Source: the human T2T-CHM13v2.0 reference genome, Homo sapiens
NCBI RefSeq assembly: GCF_009914755.1
Contig: NC_060942.1
Strand: one strand, 5' to 3'
DNA length: 64,000 nt
Shown: piece by piece, positions 1-16,205 of the stretch
Numbering within the stretch: position 1 is the first letter of the stretch
Layout of the letters: each line of letters opens with the position of its first letter
Notes under the pieces: model-generated
The model's database searches: none
Told to the model about the DNA's origin: nothing
What the model saw: only the letters and a program-made list of their open reading frames with translations
Position numbers and translations under genes: made by a program

Positions 1-65
1 TGTTTACCAGAGTAAGATCTTACATCCTCTATCATTTTCCATCAGCAGCAACATCATAATCTAAA

Positions 66-282
66 ATTTACTGAGACTTGCCATATACTGTGTGTTATAT
101 GCATTATTTAATCCCCATAATATCCTGTAAATAATTATTATTACTGTTATTCCTATTTTGTAGCTGGAGAAAATGAAACAGAAAGGTTAAACAATTTGCC
201 CAAGTGACACTGCTAGTAAGTCATTGGAGCATGGCTATGAACCAAGGCAGCTTAACTCTGGAGCCTACTTTCTTAACTATTG
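66..282 (-). mobile_element. MIR SINE
   Basis: Reverse MIR core: ...attcctattttgtagctggagaaaatgaaacagaaaggttaaacaatttgcccaagtgacactgctagtaagt... Confidence 0.85.
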
Positions 283-477
283 TTCTCTACCTTCTCCTTG
301 TCAGGTAACATGTAACTATCATTCAGTTAAGGTTCTAAAAGTATAAGAACCATAAAAATAGGATTTATCGGTAAGGACTTGGGATGTGGAAAGCTCCATA
401 TGGCATGGAGTGCTCTAAGGACAGAAATGAGACTGACACACAATAGTGAGTGATAAAGACAAAAGATCACTGAAAAT

Positions 478-1155
478 ACCTCACGTCTGTTCACTCGTCT
501 CCCTCTCTACTTCCATACCACTGTCATCGCTGATCCGGAACACTTCCATTGTCATTAATATCCTCTCCACTTCCAAACTGTCACCATTCCAATTCATTCT
601 CCACCCTACAGCCTAATGATCATCTATAAGTATGAAACAGTTCAGCCACTCTTAATAAAAACATTCAATGGCTTCCTGCTGCACATAGTATAAAATCCAA
701 ATTCCTCATCATGGCCCACAGAGTCATACAAAATCTGTCCCCTGCCTCCTTCCCACACTCACTACACCCCACTGTCCCCTTCTCATCACGTATATTGGCT
801 TTTACGTCATTTTCTTGAATACAGGAGGCCCTCCCCCACTGCAGGATCTTTGTGACTGCTATTATCTCTGCCTGACATGTTTTTTTTCTCCAGCAACTTA
901 CATGTTTGGCTTCTTCTCATTCTTCATTTTGGTTTAACACATAAAACTTTTTTGGACCATCCTGTGTAGAGTACTCTTCTCAGCTCTTCTTTATCATATA
1001 ACACCTGGCTTATTTCTGTAGTAGAATTTACCAAAAGCTGGAATTATATTACTTGGTCATAAATACATTAATCTTTCTTTTCTACTAGAATTAAGCTTCA
1101 TGACACTGTCTGGCATATGGTAGATGCCAGTAAGAAAATTTCATTAGATAAATAT
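478..1155 (+). mobile_element. L2 LINE 3' portion
   Basis: cattcaatggcttcctgctgcacatagtataaaatccaaattcctcatcatggcc and terminal cactgtctggcatatggtagatgccagtaag resemble the L2a 3' end. Confidence 0.75.
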
Positions 1156-1199
1156 ATACCTCAATAAATGGCCCTCATGCTTCTGATCTTGTGTAAGTA

Positions 1200-1740
1200 G
1201 GGGCATAGGGTCATTAACTGAGATAGAAAATACAATAAGAAAATCAAATTTTGGATAGGAAAATAGTTCAGTGAGTCACAGGTTGAATTTGAGATGCCTG
1301 CAGGTAAGATATATAGAATTGTCCATGAAGTAGCTCAGAAAAAAGGTCTAGAGCTCAGAGAAAAGTTTGCACAAGATAACACAGATTTAGAAGACAAGAA
1401 AATAAGATGGCAGATAAAACAATTGATGTGGATGAAAAGGCCCAGGAAAATATGCAGAATGAAAAAAAAAAGCAGATCAAAATACAGTATCAAAAAAGGA
1501 AAAGAGAAAAGTAAAAAGACTGAGAAGGGACCTTCAAATAGGTCAGAGAGCACAAGAAGATGGGAAGAGATTATCAAGGAAAATGAGAAGTTAGATCAAG
1601 AGCGTCAAATTCTTATAAGAGGTTAAGTAGGATGACAAATGAAAGGGACCATTCGATTTGGTATTTAGGAATCCAGGTGACCTTTGGGAGAGGTAGGAAC
1701 AGGGTAGATAGGACATTGAAGATAAACATGTTTCGAATTC
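1200..1740 (-). mobile_element. L2 LINE fragment
   Basis: agttcagtgagtcacaggttgaatttgagatgcctg...gtctagagctcagagaaaag resembles antisense L2. Confidence 0.7.
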
Positions 1741-2689
1741 ATAGCTTTACCTAGGGCTTGCACTATATCAAAATCTCTTTTAGTGGCTTTGAAAACACCA
1801 TGACACAGAAAGTGTGACAAAATGAAATTATTAAGTATCCCACCTATCAGCTTTAAAAAAAAGAAATAGTTATCTTGCATTGTTGGGATTTTCTAAAGAG
1901 GTAGTATCAAAGTCAGCTGAAAAGGCTTGTCTATTCAAACTTGCAGAACTATGTAAGGAAACTCATGATTATCAGTAGCAAAAGCTACCGGGGTGCTTTC
2001 AGAGAATGAAAGCTTTACCATATATACACTCAACAGAAAAGAAATTTGAGAGCAAGGGGTTGTGACCAACAGTAGTTCACAGAGCCTGCCAGGGTATGGC
2101 TGGCAATTCAAGATCACAGATGCCTCCATTTGCTCTAATCAGGGAGAGTCTTTTTTACTAAGTGCATTTACGTCGGTAGTCAGTAGAGATGCATCTATGC
2201 ACTAAATCTTGCACCTGAGCTGAGTGTAAGTAGTCGAATATTTAATTTACCCCCCACCCTCGAGTTCAAAAACAGAGCCATGTGGAAATAAATCCCCTTG
2301 CAAAGTCAAAAACTGACCTCAAACACAGATGGATTAGAGCCCAGAAAAGAGATTTTAGCACTGGCATATAGAACTGGAAATGAGATGGGAAAAGAAGGGG
2401 TTTCTAAACAGCTCGTTTTTACGTACTATGTATCCCAGATATCCTGACACAGAATTGTTCTACTCATTTGTCAAAAAGTGTTTATTTCAGGGGTGCTTAG
2501 CAGCAAGAGAACATTCCTATAAATAGCTATATATCCTTCTAATGAAAACTAGGGATTCTACATATCTGCTGTAATACAAGAAACACGCTACTTTTAAAAT
2601 ATATTTCTTCTGATAATTAAATAGGGCCCAGGACAGTGTTTTGTAGAATTAAACCAGCTGTCTGCTAATAGAAGAGGCGTGGCAGACGG

Positions 2690-2697
2690 TATAAAAG
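2690..2697 (+). promoter_or_regulatory. TATA-box consensus TATAAAAG just upstream of the CpG island
   Basis: Exact TATAWAWR match ~120 bp 5' of the GC-rich block; function not demonstrated. Confidence 0.3.
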
Positions 2698-2956
2698 GAA
2701 GCGTTTTCCATCCTCTAGACCATTTACTCTGGAAGATGCTGAGATACAAAATGTAGAATGGAAAGCCAAATAAAGGCAGGCATGGTAATGGAACAAGGAC
2801 AAATGTTGGACGTCTGCCCTCTCACTTCCTGTTTGTGGGAGACAAGCGGTGGCAGCTGCTGGGTTAGAGTCCCTGGAAGAGATGCTGGGGCAAAAGAGAG
2901 CTCGGGTTGCTGTTTCTACTTCAGCGGCGGCGGCTGGAGCAGCGGGTACAGGTGAG

Positions 2957-2982
2957 GTTGCCCTGGCGGTGTCCATAGCAAC
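2957..2982. promoter_or_regulatory. Tandem RFX X-box motifs
   Basis: GTTGCCCTGGCGGT (2957-2970) overlaps GTGTCCATAGCAAC (2969-2982; reverse complement GTTGCTATGGACAC); X-box consensus is GTTGCCATGGCAAC. Confidence 0.7.
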
Positions 2983-3135
2983 GCTGGAGGGGGTGGCAGG
3001 GAGAAAGGCGCCCTCCACCCTGTCAGCCTCCTCCTCGCCTCCCCCGACCTGCAGGCGCGCTAAGCGCTCCGGGCGCCGCGCTCCGCGAGGGGGAGCAGTG
3101 CTCCCAACCCGCGACCCTCCGCCTCAGACATCACA

Positions 3136-3149
3136 GTTGCCGCGGCAAC
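3136..3149. promoter_or_regulatory. Palindromic RFX X-box
   Basis: GTTGCCGCGGCAAC, a perfect 14-bp palindrome with both GTTGCC half-sites. Confidence 0.75.
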
Positions 3150-4518
3150 GGCCGGAGGAGGAAGGCCAAGGCTTTTCTCCCGCTGACGTCCCCCGCCACC
3201 AGTACCCAGAGTGCTGGGGCCTGGATGAGATCTGCGTCCGCTTCACCCGAGCATGAGCTTGGGTCTCTCGGAGGAGCAGGAGACGCGGGCTCGAAGCCGC
3301 GGGCCTGACCCTGATCCGTGGATGCCGCCGCCGCCTTCTCCTCCCCTGGGTGGTGGGGGACAGGGCCTGGGAGGCACGGTCACGCCGAGTTTGAGCACGT
3401 GACCTTCCAAGAGCTTGAGAGTCCCCTAGAGAGCAGGCCCCACCCCAATCCATCCCGCCTCGCCGGAGGGGTCCCTCTGGCTTTAGTCCTTCTCTTCTAA
3501 TTCCCTGTATGTCCCGACCCGACCAACGGCAGCACACTCTCCCAGTCCCTTCACTCCCACCTAGAATTATCTTCGAGGACTATAACGCCGGATCCTTTCT
3601 CCCTTTTTTCTGCCCTTCCCGGGTGTCTGGGGAGCAAAGGAAGGGTCAGAGGCCTTCAGAAAAGGTTGCCCGCTCAGACAAGACCAGAGAGCACCCAGGA
3701 CCCGACCCCGCTCGCTGTAGGCCTCTCAGCGGGAGAGGGATGCGGGGAGGGGAGTGGGGTGGGGTGGAGTTGTCAGCTGGCCATATCCAGTCATCCCTGG
3801 CCAGGTAAACTAAGTGCTCAGTAGGGGCACCCGTAATGGACTTCAAAATTGCATACAGGAACAGATTTTGCTCAGAGCCCAACTGAATCCTGTTTTTATT
3901 TACTGGAGCAAAACAAACCCAGGCGGAGAAGGGTGTCTTTTCTGGCAGCTAAGTCAACGGGGACTCTTGCCTCGCTTTCCAATATATCAAAAGGAGGAAA
4001 ATTTTGCAAGAAACTCTATTGTTCAGCTGTAGACAAAGAAAAAGGCAAAGAAACAACTTTTCAATTCTATATGGATTGAAAAAATGAAAATTTTTGAGGG
4101 CAGTTTTTCTAAAGTATACAAAATGGACCTATCCTCCTCTTGAATAATGTTTAATATTTTATTGCTGTAACTAGGGCTTTTCATGAAAAAAGATTTTATT
4201 GTGATATTTCAATGTAATTCTCAAAATTTTTAAATTAAAAAATATTGTAAGTAATAAATGTGTTTCTGATTATATATATTATATACTTGATTTTCCAGAG
4301 ATTAATGGAGATGCTTGTGAATCTATGTATCATTGAATGATTGTTAGCTAACTAGCACCTATGGCAAAGATAACCTTTAACTAGAGAAAATGCATAAGGA
4401 AATGAAAAGCATTTGCCAAATGGAATTAGTGTAATATTTTGTTGAAGAAAGTTTTAAATGAATTCTTATATATGTGGTCACTTTAAATACTAAAACAAAT
4501 GATCTTTTAATTAGAGTT

Positions 4519-5599
4519 TTAAAAAATTTTAATTGGCACAATAATTGTAGATATTTATGGGGTTCGGTGTGATATTTTATATATGTGTACAATGTGTAAT
4601 GATCAAATTGGGGTAATGAGCAAATTCATCACCTCAAACATTTGTTATTTCTTTGTTCTGGGAACAATCAAGATCCTCTCTTCTAGCTATTTATAAATAT
4701 ACAATATATTGTTGCTAACTATAGTCACCCTGCAGTACGATAAAACATTAGAAGTTATTCCTCTTATATAGGCATAATTTTGTGTCCATTAACCAGCTTC
4801 TCCCTATTTTCTCTCCCCTTCACCCTTTCATCCTGTAGTTACCACTCTTCTATTCTCTACTTCTATGAGATCAACTTTCTTAGCTTCCACATGAGTGAGA
4901 ATACGTGGTATTTATCTTTTTGTGCGTGGCTTATTTCACTTAACACAATGTCCTTCGGGCTCAGCAATGTTGCTGTGAATGACAGGACTTCATTCTTTTT
5001 TATGGCTGACTAGCATTCCATTGGGTATATATACCATATTTTCTTTATCCATCTGTTGATCGACACTTAGGATGATATCATATCTTGGCTATTGTGCATA
5101 GTGCTCCAATAAACATGGGAGTGCAGATGTCTCCTTGACATTCTGATTTTCTTTCCTTTGATAGATACCCAGTAGTGGGATTGCCATTCTATTTCTAGTT
5201 TTATGAGGAGCCTCCACACTATTTTCCATAATGGCTATACTAATTTACATTCCCACCAACCTTGTATAATACATCAAAAGGAGGACAATTTTGCAAGAAA
5301 TAAACACTATTATGTTTATTCCTTCTTCTCCACGACCTCTCCAGCATTTCTTGTTGTCTTTTTGATAATAGCCATTCTAACTGGGGTAAGATGTTATCTC
5401 CTGTAGGTTCTGATTTGTATTTCCTTGACGATTAATGATGTTGAGATTTTTTTTTCATATACTTGTTGGCCATTTGTACATCTTCTCTTAAGTGATGTCT
5501 ATTCAGATCATTTGCCCATTTTTAAATCAGATTATTTCTTTTTATGCTGTTGAGTTGAGTTCCTTGTATATTTGGAATATTAATTCCTTGACAAATGTG
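4519..5599 (-). mobile_element. L1MA-type LINE-1 3' end (L1MA4-like)
   Basis: Antisense L1MA 3'UTR (aataattgtagatatttatggg...aatgtgtaatgatcaaatt) running into the ORF2 end; possible TSD AATTAGAG(A)TTT at 4509 and 5600. Confidence 0.85.
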
Positions 5600-5982
5600 A
5601 ATTAGAGATTTGAGATTAGATATATGCCTTAAAATACCAACTAAAGTGTTACCTGATTGTTAATTTAGATATGTTCTGGTGTCTTTGCACTGAAATATTC
5701 AACTTTATAAGGTAGTCATTTCCATAGATTATTTTTCTAAGGAATTTCCCTTTAAATGTGATTCAGTAAATAGGAGATTAGTAAAGGTAATATTTATTTA
5801 ATTTTTAATTTAATTATCCTCCTAACTTCTAAACTATCTGCCAAACTATTTCTATGCCGGCAGAAATCTACTATCTCCCCAAATATATTATCCATACCCT
5901 CAAGTGCCAAATTTGCTCATTTCTGCCCACGCTAAATGCAAATGTATATTTCAACTGTGAGACAGGTCTGTGTATAAATTAA

Positions 5983-9102
<3,120 letters not shown>

Positions 9103-10497
9103 AAAGACTGTGTATAGACTAGTGTTTAAAACCTCAGTTTACATCCTTAGTATCTCACAGCAGATGGGAAATGATCAGAACACCCATGTTCCAGTGTGTA
9201 GATGTTTAATTGAATGGGAAAGTAAGTAGAAAAGCTTTTAGTCTTCTGGACTGGTTCTTCTGCCATTTGAAAAGGTTAGCCTAGCACACCACCCTTTGTG
9301 TATTTCACATAGCATTAGAAGCCTCAGTGGGTATTGCATGCTTTCCAGCTGGGTCTCAATGTTTGCATATTGAAGTGCTGCTTTATTTCTGTCAATGCAC
9401 AATATATAGTAGGACATTAAATTACAGAGAGTAACAAATATCTTCTTATGAAAGCTTTCACAATGAATAATTATCTTATTTGACATTAGTGTACACTAGA
9501 ATTAAGGAGACTAGAAAAAGTTAAGAGGTGATCTTAAAGAATCTAGAATCAGATATCATACCCCAAATACGTAATTTTTATTAATAGTAGACATCTCTAG
9601 ATAATCAAACCAGAGGTGATTCTTTTTTTCTTCTGCTTTTTTTAACTTTTAAATATATAATAAGCAGATATAATTGAATAATAACAATACTATATTTTTA
9701 AAATTGGTAAATAGGCTTTTTAAAGTATGTCATACATTTCTTTATTTTAATCTATTATTACTAACAACACTTTCTTTCAATATTTTAGAATGTTTAAGCT
9801 GTAACTGTGTACTAGAAAAAAGCCAATAGAATAAAAATTTACAAAATATGTCTTTCCAAAAGTTGGGAAATTTTCACCGATTCTTAAAAACAATTACAGG
9901 GCCAGATAAACTTTAGTCTCTAGCTTAGTTAATAAACAATATGATATTACAAGAAACTGTAATATTTTAAATATTCATTAATATTTGTATAAGCTTTTCA
10001 AATTTTAAAAGCACATGATGAAATGCTGACAGTTTTTATCTACTGATGTTTCAGAATATAACATTATAGTTTATCTGAGCCAGTGGATACCAAGGAATTT
10101 ATAAGTTGGAGTCAAAGTATTTGATGAAAAGGCATTAATAAAACAATAAAAGAACAACATAAAAATAGCCAACTTGTAATTCCCTCTCAACAAGGTATGC
10201 CACTTTAAACAATGGATCTTGTATCTGGAACTGAAGTAAGTAAACAGACTTTGTCTAGAAGAGGGAAAAGGAGAACTGAAAGGTATTTGTTTTTTACAGA
10301 AAGTAGATAATGTGAAAATTTGTCTATCTCCATTTTCCCAAAGTCCCATTATCAAAGATCTATCATTTGAACTGGAGCCAATGGTAAATGTCCATAAATG
10401 CAATCATGTCACTAACACAATAGAAAAATATTAACTAAAGCTCATAAATTTATAACAATCATGCTGTAACTTTAACAAATATGGAATAATTTACATA

Positions 10498-11125
<628 letters not shown>

Positions 11126-11374
11126 TATAACGTTCAGTTCACCTTTAAAATAAGTCATCTTTGATTTCTTACACCTCCTACATATCCAGTTACTAAGTGT
11201 TAATTGTTAAACACTTCTCTAATCTGTCGATACTTGCTTGTATCTCTGGCTTGGATTACTTATTCAATTTACTACTTCTTCTACCTGTTTCATATTTTGG
11301 CCCCTTCATTCTTCTCTTAGGTGCCTAAAGTATCTTTCTAAAATGAAAAATCTGAGACTGTTTCCTCAAATAAT

Positions 11375-11418
<44 letters not shown>

Positions 11419-11426
11419 TAGATAGA
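11375..11426. repeat. Compound tetranucleotide STR (TAGA)8(CAGA)3(TAGA)2
   Basis: Read directly from the sequence. Confidence 0.95.
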
Positions 11427-11739
11427 GGTTTGTATGGGGAGAAGAAACAACCACATTTTAAATGTATTGTTAAGCTCACACATATGTATGTGAAATCTTC
11501 AAGGACCCCAAAATTAAAATTTAAATAAATGCTAAAATGAAACCAGATTAGTGAGCTATAACAGAAAACTAGAGCAGAGGCCTATCTGAGAGCAATTTCC
11601 TATACCAGGAACCATAACATCTGAGGACTGGAGGGAGTAGGGAGAAGCAGTGAAGTCTTGGATTCTAGTAAATTTGGGTAAATGTAGCTGTTTTATAAGT
11701 GCAAGGAATTGGAGGGAAAGGAATAATATAAAAATGACT

Positions 11740-13720
11740 ACATTTTCGACAATATCTTCACATCCATTTTTCAGTGCACTAAATCTCTTTTTAATGTTAT
11801 CTAAGCTTCTATTGAAACAATTGAGTTCCTGCATTTTACATTTTTTTCTGTTTTATTTTATAAATCTGTCTAGTCACTTTAATATCTTTTTTTCTTGATT
11901 CAAGGAGATAATGAAAGAATTTTCTATAAGTGACAAAATCATGAATTCAGAAATTTAGGAAAAATGTCATATATCAAGTAGGATAATTATTTTAAAATCT
12001 ACACCTAGAACATTGCAATGAACCTGTAGAATACCCAAAAAAAGATAAAAATTTTAAGACTGTCAAGCAAGAGACTGATCCTCTACTACAAAAAGACAAT
12101 AAAACTGCACATTTCTCAATAGGAAGTAAAATGGAATACAGAAAATAAAATTATGTGTGTAAATATTTAAATGTTTAAAAAGTTAAAATAAGAGATATAA
12201 ATAAATTTTTTTTAGCCAGAAAATTAAGAAATTTTACCATTCACAGACTTTAACTAAAGGAACTTCTAAAGCAATAGTTTCAGGGGGGAAAAAAGGTCTG
12301 CAGAGTAAAAGCCCCACAGATAGGAAAAGAAAGTAGGGGGAAGAAAAACGAAAAAAACTAGTAAATTGGAAGATGAGTCTGAAAACAAGTGGATCTAGTA
12401 AGGATAATTGATATTTATGTTATTTATAATATATATTTTAAAAGAAATGTAAAAGAAGAAGAAGAAGGCTATTGTCCATGTTCTGGAGTTCAAAAGAAAA
12501 AAATTAAACCCTTGATAACAAAAGATTTTAATTCACTACAATATGGTAGGAGTCAAAGGATTAGCAGAAATATTAAGATGTAGAATTTAATATGTTTGCA
12601 TTTTCAAATTTAAACGGAAACTTCTAAGATAATTCTAATTTATAAATTCCAAACCAATCAAGAGGGAAGGTGAATAAAAAATAATTTTACAGTTAAAAGT
12701 AGTGGATAAGGAAACATTAAAAAATAAACAAGATAGATATGACAAGAATACAAAGAATGCGATATTAAAAATAGAAATATACAAATACTTACAATATCTT
12801 ATAAAAAATTAATGCAAACCAAAACACATTTTCAGACATACAAAGCTAAAATAATTCACTACTACCAGATCTGTTTATAATAAATATCAATATCCTTTAG
12901 GCAGAAATGTCTTTCAAGCAGAATAAAATGATGTCAGTTGGAAATACAGATCTATAAAAAGGGAAGAAGAGCACCAGAAATAGTAACCACATGAATATAT
13001 GATTTTTATTGTTATTTTCTATAAATCACTTTAAATATAATTGATATCTGAACAAAATAACAGTGTATATTGGGATTTATCACATATGTATAGGAGAAAT
13101 ATATAACAACAATAGCATAAACCAAGAAGGAAATAGAAGTATTCTAAGCTCCTTACATCATGTAAGTGGCATAATAATTCTTGAAGGTAGACTTAAATAA
13201 GGTAAATAAGTATACTGTAAACCCTAAAGTAACCATTGGTATTTAACTAATTTTTAATGTGCAGGAAAAAGAAGGTGAAAAAAACAAATAACAGATTGGG
13301 CAAACAGGAAAAAAAAAAAAAACAGCAAGATGATGATGGAAACCTAACCACATTAAATGTATATGTTCTAATGAACATCCAATTGAAAGTCAGACATCAG
13401 ATTAAAAGGCAAGCTCCAAATATATGCCACTTACAAAAAATGTACTTCACATTTAAAGTCACAAATAGTTAACCAATAAAGGGATAGAAGAATATGCACC
13501 ATGCCAATACTACAAGGGCTAGGTTATCAATGGAATACAAGGTTGGTTTAACATTTAGAAAATCAATTGTCATCCATTGTATTAACAAACTAAAAAGAAA
13601 AATGTTCATCTCAATAACACAAAAAAACACATTTGACAAAATCCCACATCCATTTCTAATAAAAACTCTCAGGAAAGTAGGAATAAGGAACTTCCTTATC
13701 AGAATTAAGGACAAAATTTT
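11740..13720. mobile_element. Old L1M fragments (ORF1 piece on -, ORF1/ORF2 pieces on +)
   Basis: ORF1 coiled-coil-like sequence on - at ~11740-11890; on +, EN start (ICHLQK, ~13421) and RT remnants (FDKIPHPFLIKTL, ~13630). Confidence 0.7.
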
Positions 13721-13927
13721 ACTATATTTTATACATAATATGCACTAATATACAATTATTTTTCTATTTTTAATCAATTCTCTCTCTTGCTTTTTAGACT
13801 TTGTATATGCTGTTCTGTTTCTTCCATTTAACTGCCATCTCTGACATTCTACAGATCCTTTTTGGAAACTCTACTGGCAATCATAAGCATATTTTTAGTT
13901 AAATATCTCAAGGATAAAGGTAGAAAC

Positions 13928-14542
<615 letters not shown>

Positions 14543-16205
14543 GTGTAGCCATTTTTAATAGACTGAAAATTCTCATTAGGAAATTCTAATCATACCTAAA
14601 AATGATCCTCAAATCTTGCAAATGGTCTTTAAAAAGAGGATATCAATATACATACTATGGCTAAGAACTATGCTTCAAGCTTATTACAATTTCCCCTATA
14701 ATAGACCAAGATGTTGAGCAGCCTAAATGAACACTAAATATATAATGAGTGTATATTTATGCACAGTTCTACCAGTAAACATCCAGTTTGCTATAAATAA
14801 AATACAGTTTTCTATAATTAAGCTAACATTGATCAGCATTTTTAGCAGATAGAACATGACTTTGAGGGAATAAATATTTGAGGCTTTCTTTTAATTCATA
14901 GAATAAATGGTTAGTTAGCCTCTCATTTTCTTGTCCACATAAGAAAAACTGCATTATAACTGTAGTTTACCAGATGTTACATTTACTGTTATTAGTTCAA
15001 TTCAGGTTTATTGGTTCTTCAGGTAATCATACAACACATTTTCTTGGTTTATGTTATGAAATGTGATGTAGATTTAGGTTTTCTCAGCCTTCTACCACTC
15101 TAAGATCTCAATCCCCCTTTTGTTGTTGTTTTTTGTTTTGTTGTTTTCATCAAAGGCTACCATTAAGTAAAGAAGGTAGTACACTTTGTATAACCATTTG
15201 ATAGGCTTGGCTAGTTCAAGAAATAATACAAAAGGAAAAGTTTCATCATAGAATAGAGAATAAATTTGTAATTAATTTGCTCTTATGAGCCACCATATCA
15301 CCTATGTCATTCATCTCCCTAAAATTTAAAGTAGCAATCGAAGATATTGTAGAGTTTCCAGAATATTCACTTTGTACCCTCCTTCAAGAAGAAATAGTCA
15401 AATACCTGAATGACCATAGTCTTACTTGTTAAAAGTCCAATTAGGTTAACAGAGAAAACCAAAGCAGAGGAAAATTGGGCCTAGTGTGAAGGGAAAGTCA
15501 ACATTCTTCTAGTAATGCTTGCTCTTACTTCATTTCTTCCTCTTCTACAAATAAAGAGATGATAATTGGATAGATATTTGAATGTAGTCACTCAGGAAAG
15601 TCAGAAACTTTGAGTCTGAGCCACATATTCTGACCATGACTTTTATCAAGTAGTATTCTAAGTCACTATTTTTATCAAGCAGCATTAAATTAAGACTCTT
15701 AGAACTACATTCTAGCCTTAATCAGAATTATACTCTCTATCCCAAATGGTAATCAAGTTCTTAAACATTACTAACTGGTGAACCATTTGGTGCAAAACTC
15801 CAATACAATACCCAGCAATGAAGCCTTGCCTGTACAAAAGAATGAGAGCTTTTGTACAAAAGCAAACACCTCAAAATGAGAACTTGACTTAACTTGTAGT
15901 TCTGGAGGCACAGAACAGAAGAAAGCTATGAAGAACAGAAGTCCTGGTTTTATGATATTTAATAAGGTATTCTAACATAAACGTAAAAGCTTTAAGATCA
16001 GGAACTAAAAGATTAATAATTATTTTTTCTATATCACTTGCAGCATTATTTAAAGCAAATGAACTAAATATTTTTGGATAACTACATCAAAGTATTTATT
16101 GAAATTAATCTTTTGACTAATATAACTGAATCACCCAGCTTTAAATGCTGATTAAAGTAAAAAATCAACTTATACTTCCAAGTAAATTAAAATTGTATTA
16201 TTTTT

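Larger units (their letters stand above)
2810..3770. promoter_or_regulatory. CpG island / probable promoter
   Basis: Abrupt GC- and CpG-rich non-repeat block in AT-rich DNA. Contains an ETS site (CACTTCCTGT 2823-2832), RFX boxes, and splice-donor-like sites on both strands. Confidence 0.9.

Noticed and set aside
1294-1626. 110-aa Lys/Glu-rich ORF
   Set aside because: It lies in purine-rich antisense L2 sequence; a compositional artefact.
2665-3882. Several overlapping 60-137 aa ORFs on both strands in the CpG island
   Set aside because: Stop-codon scarcity is expected in GC-rich DNA; the products are low-complexity Ala/Pro/Arg-rich with no recognisable family. A short coding first exon cannot be excluded.
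15831-15863. 16-bp palindrome GCTTTTGTACAAAAGC plus an upstream half copy, resembling a lambda/Gateway att core (TTTGTACAAA)
   Set aside because: No vector or phage context; more likely chance or a small local fold-back duplication.
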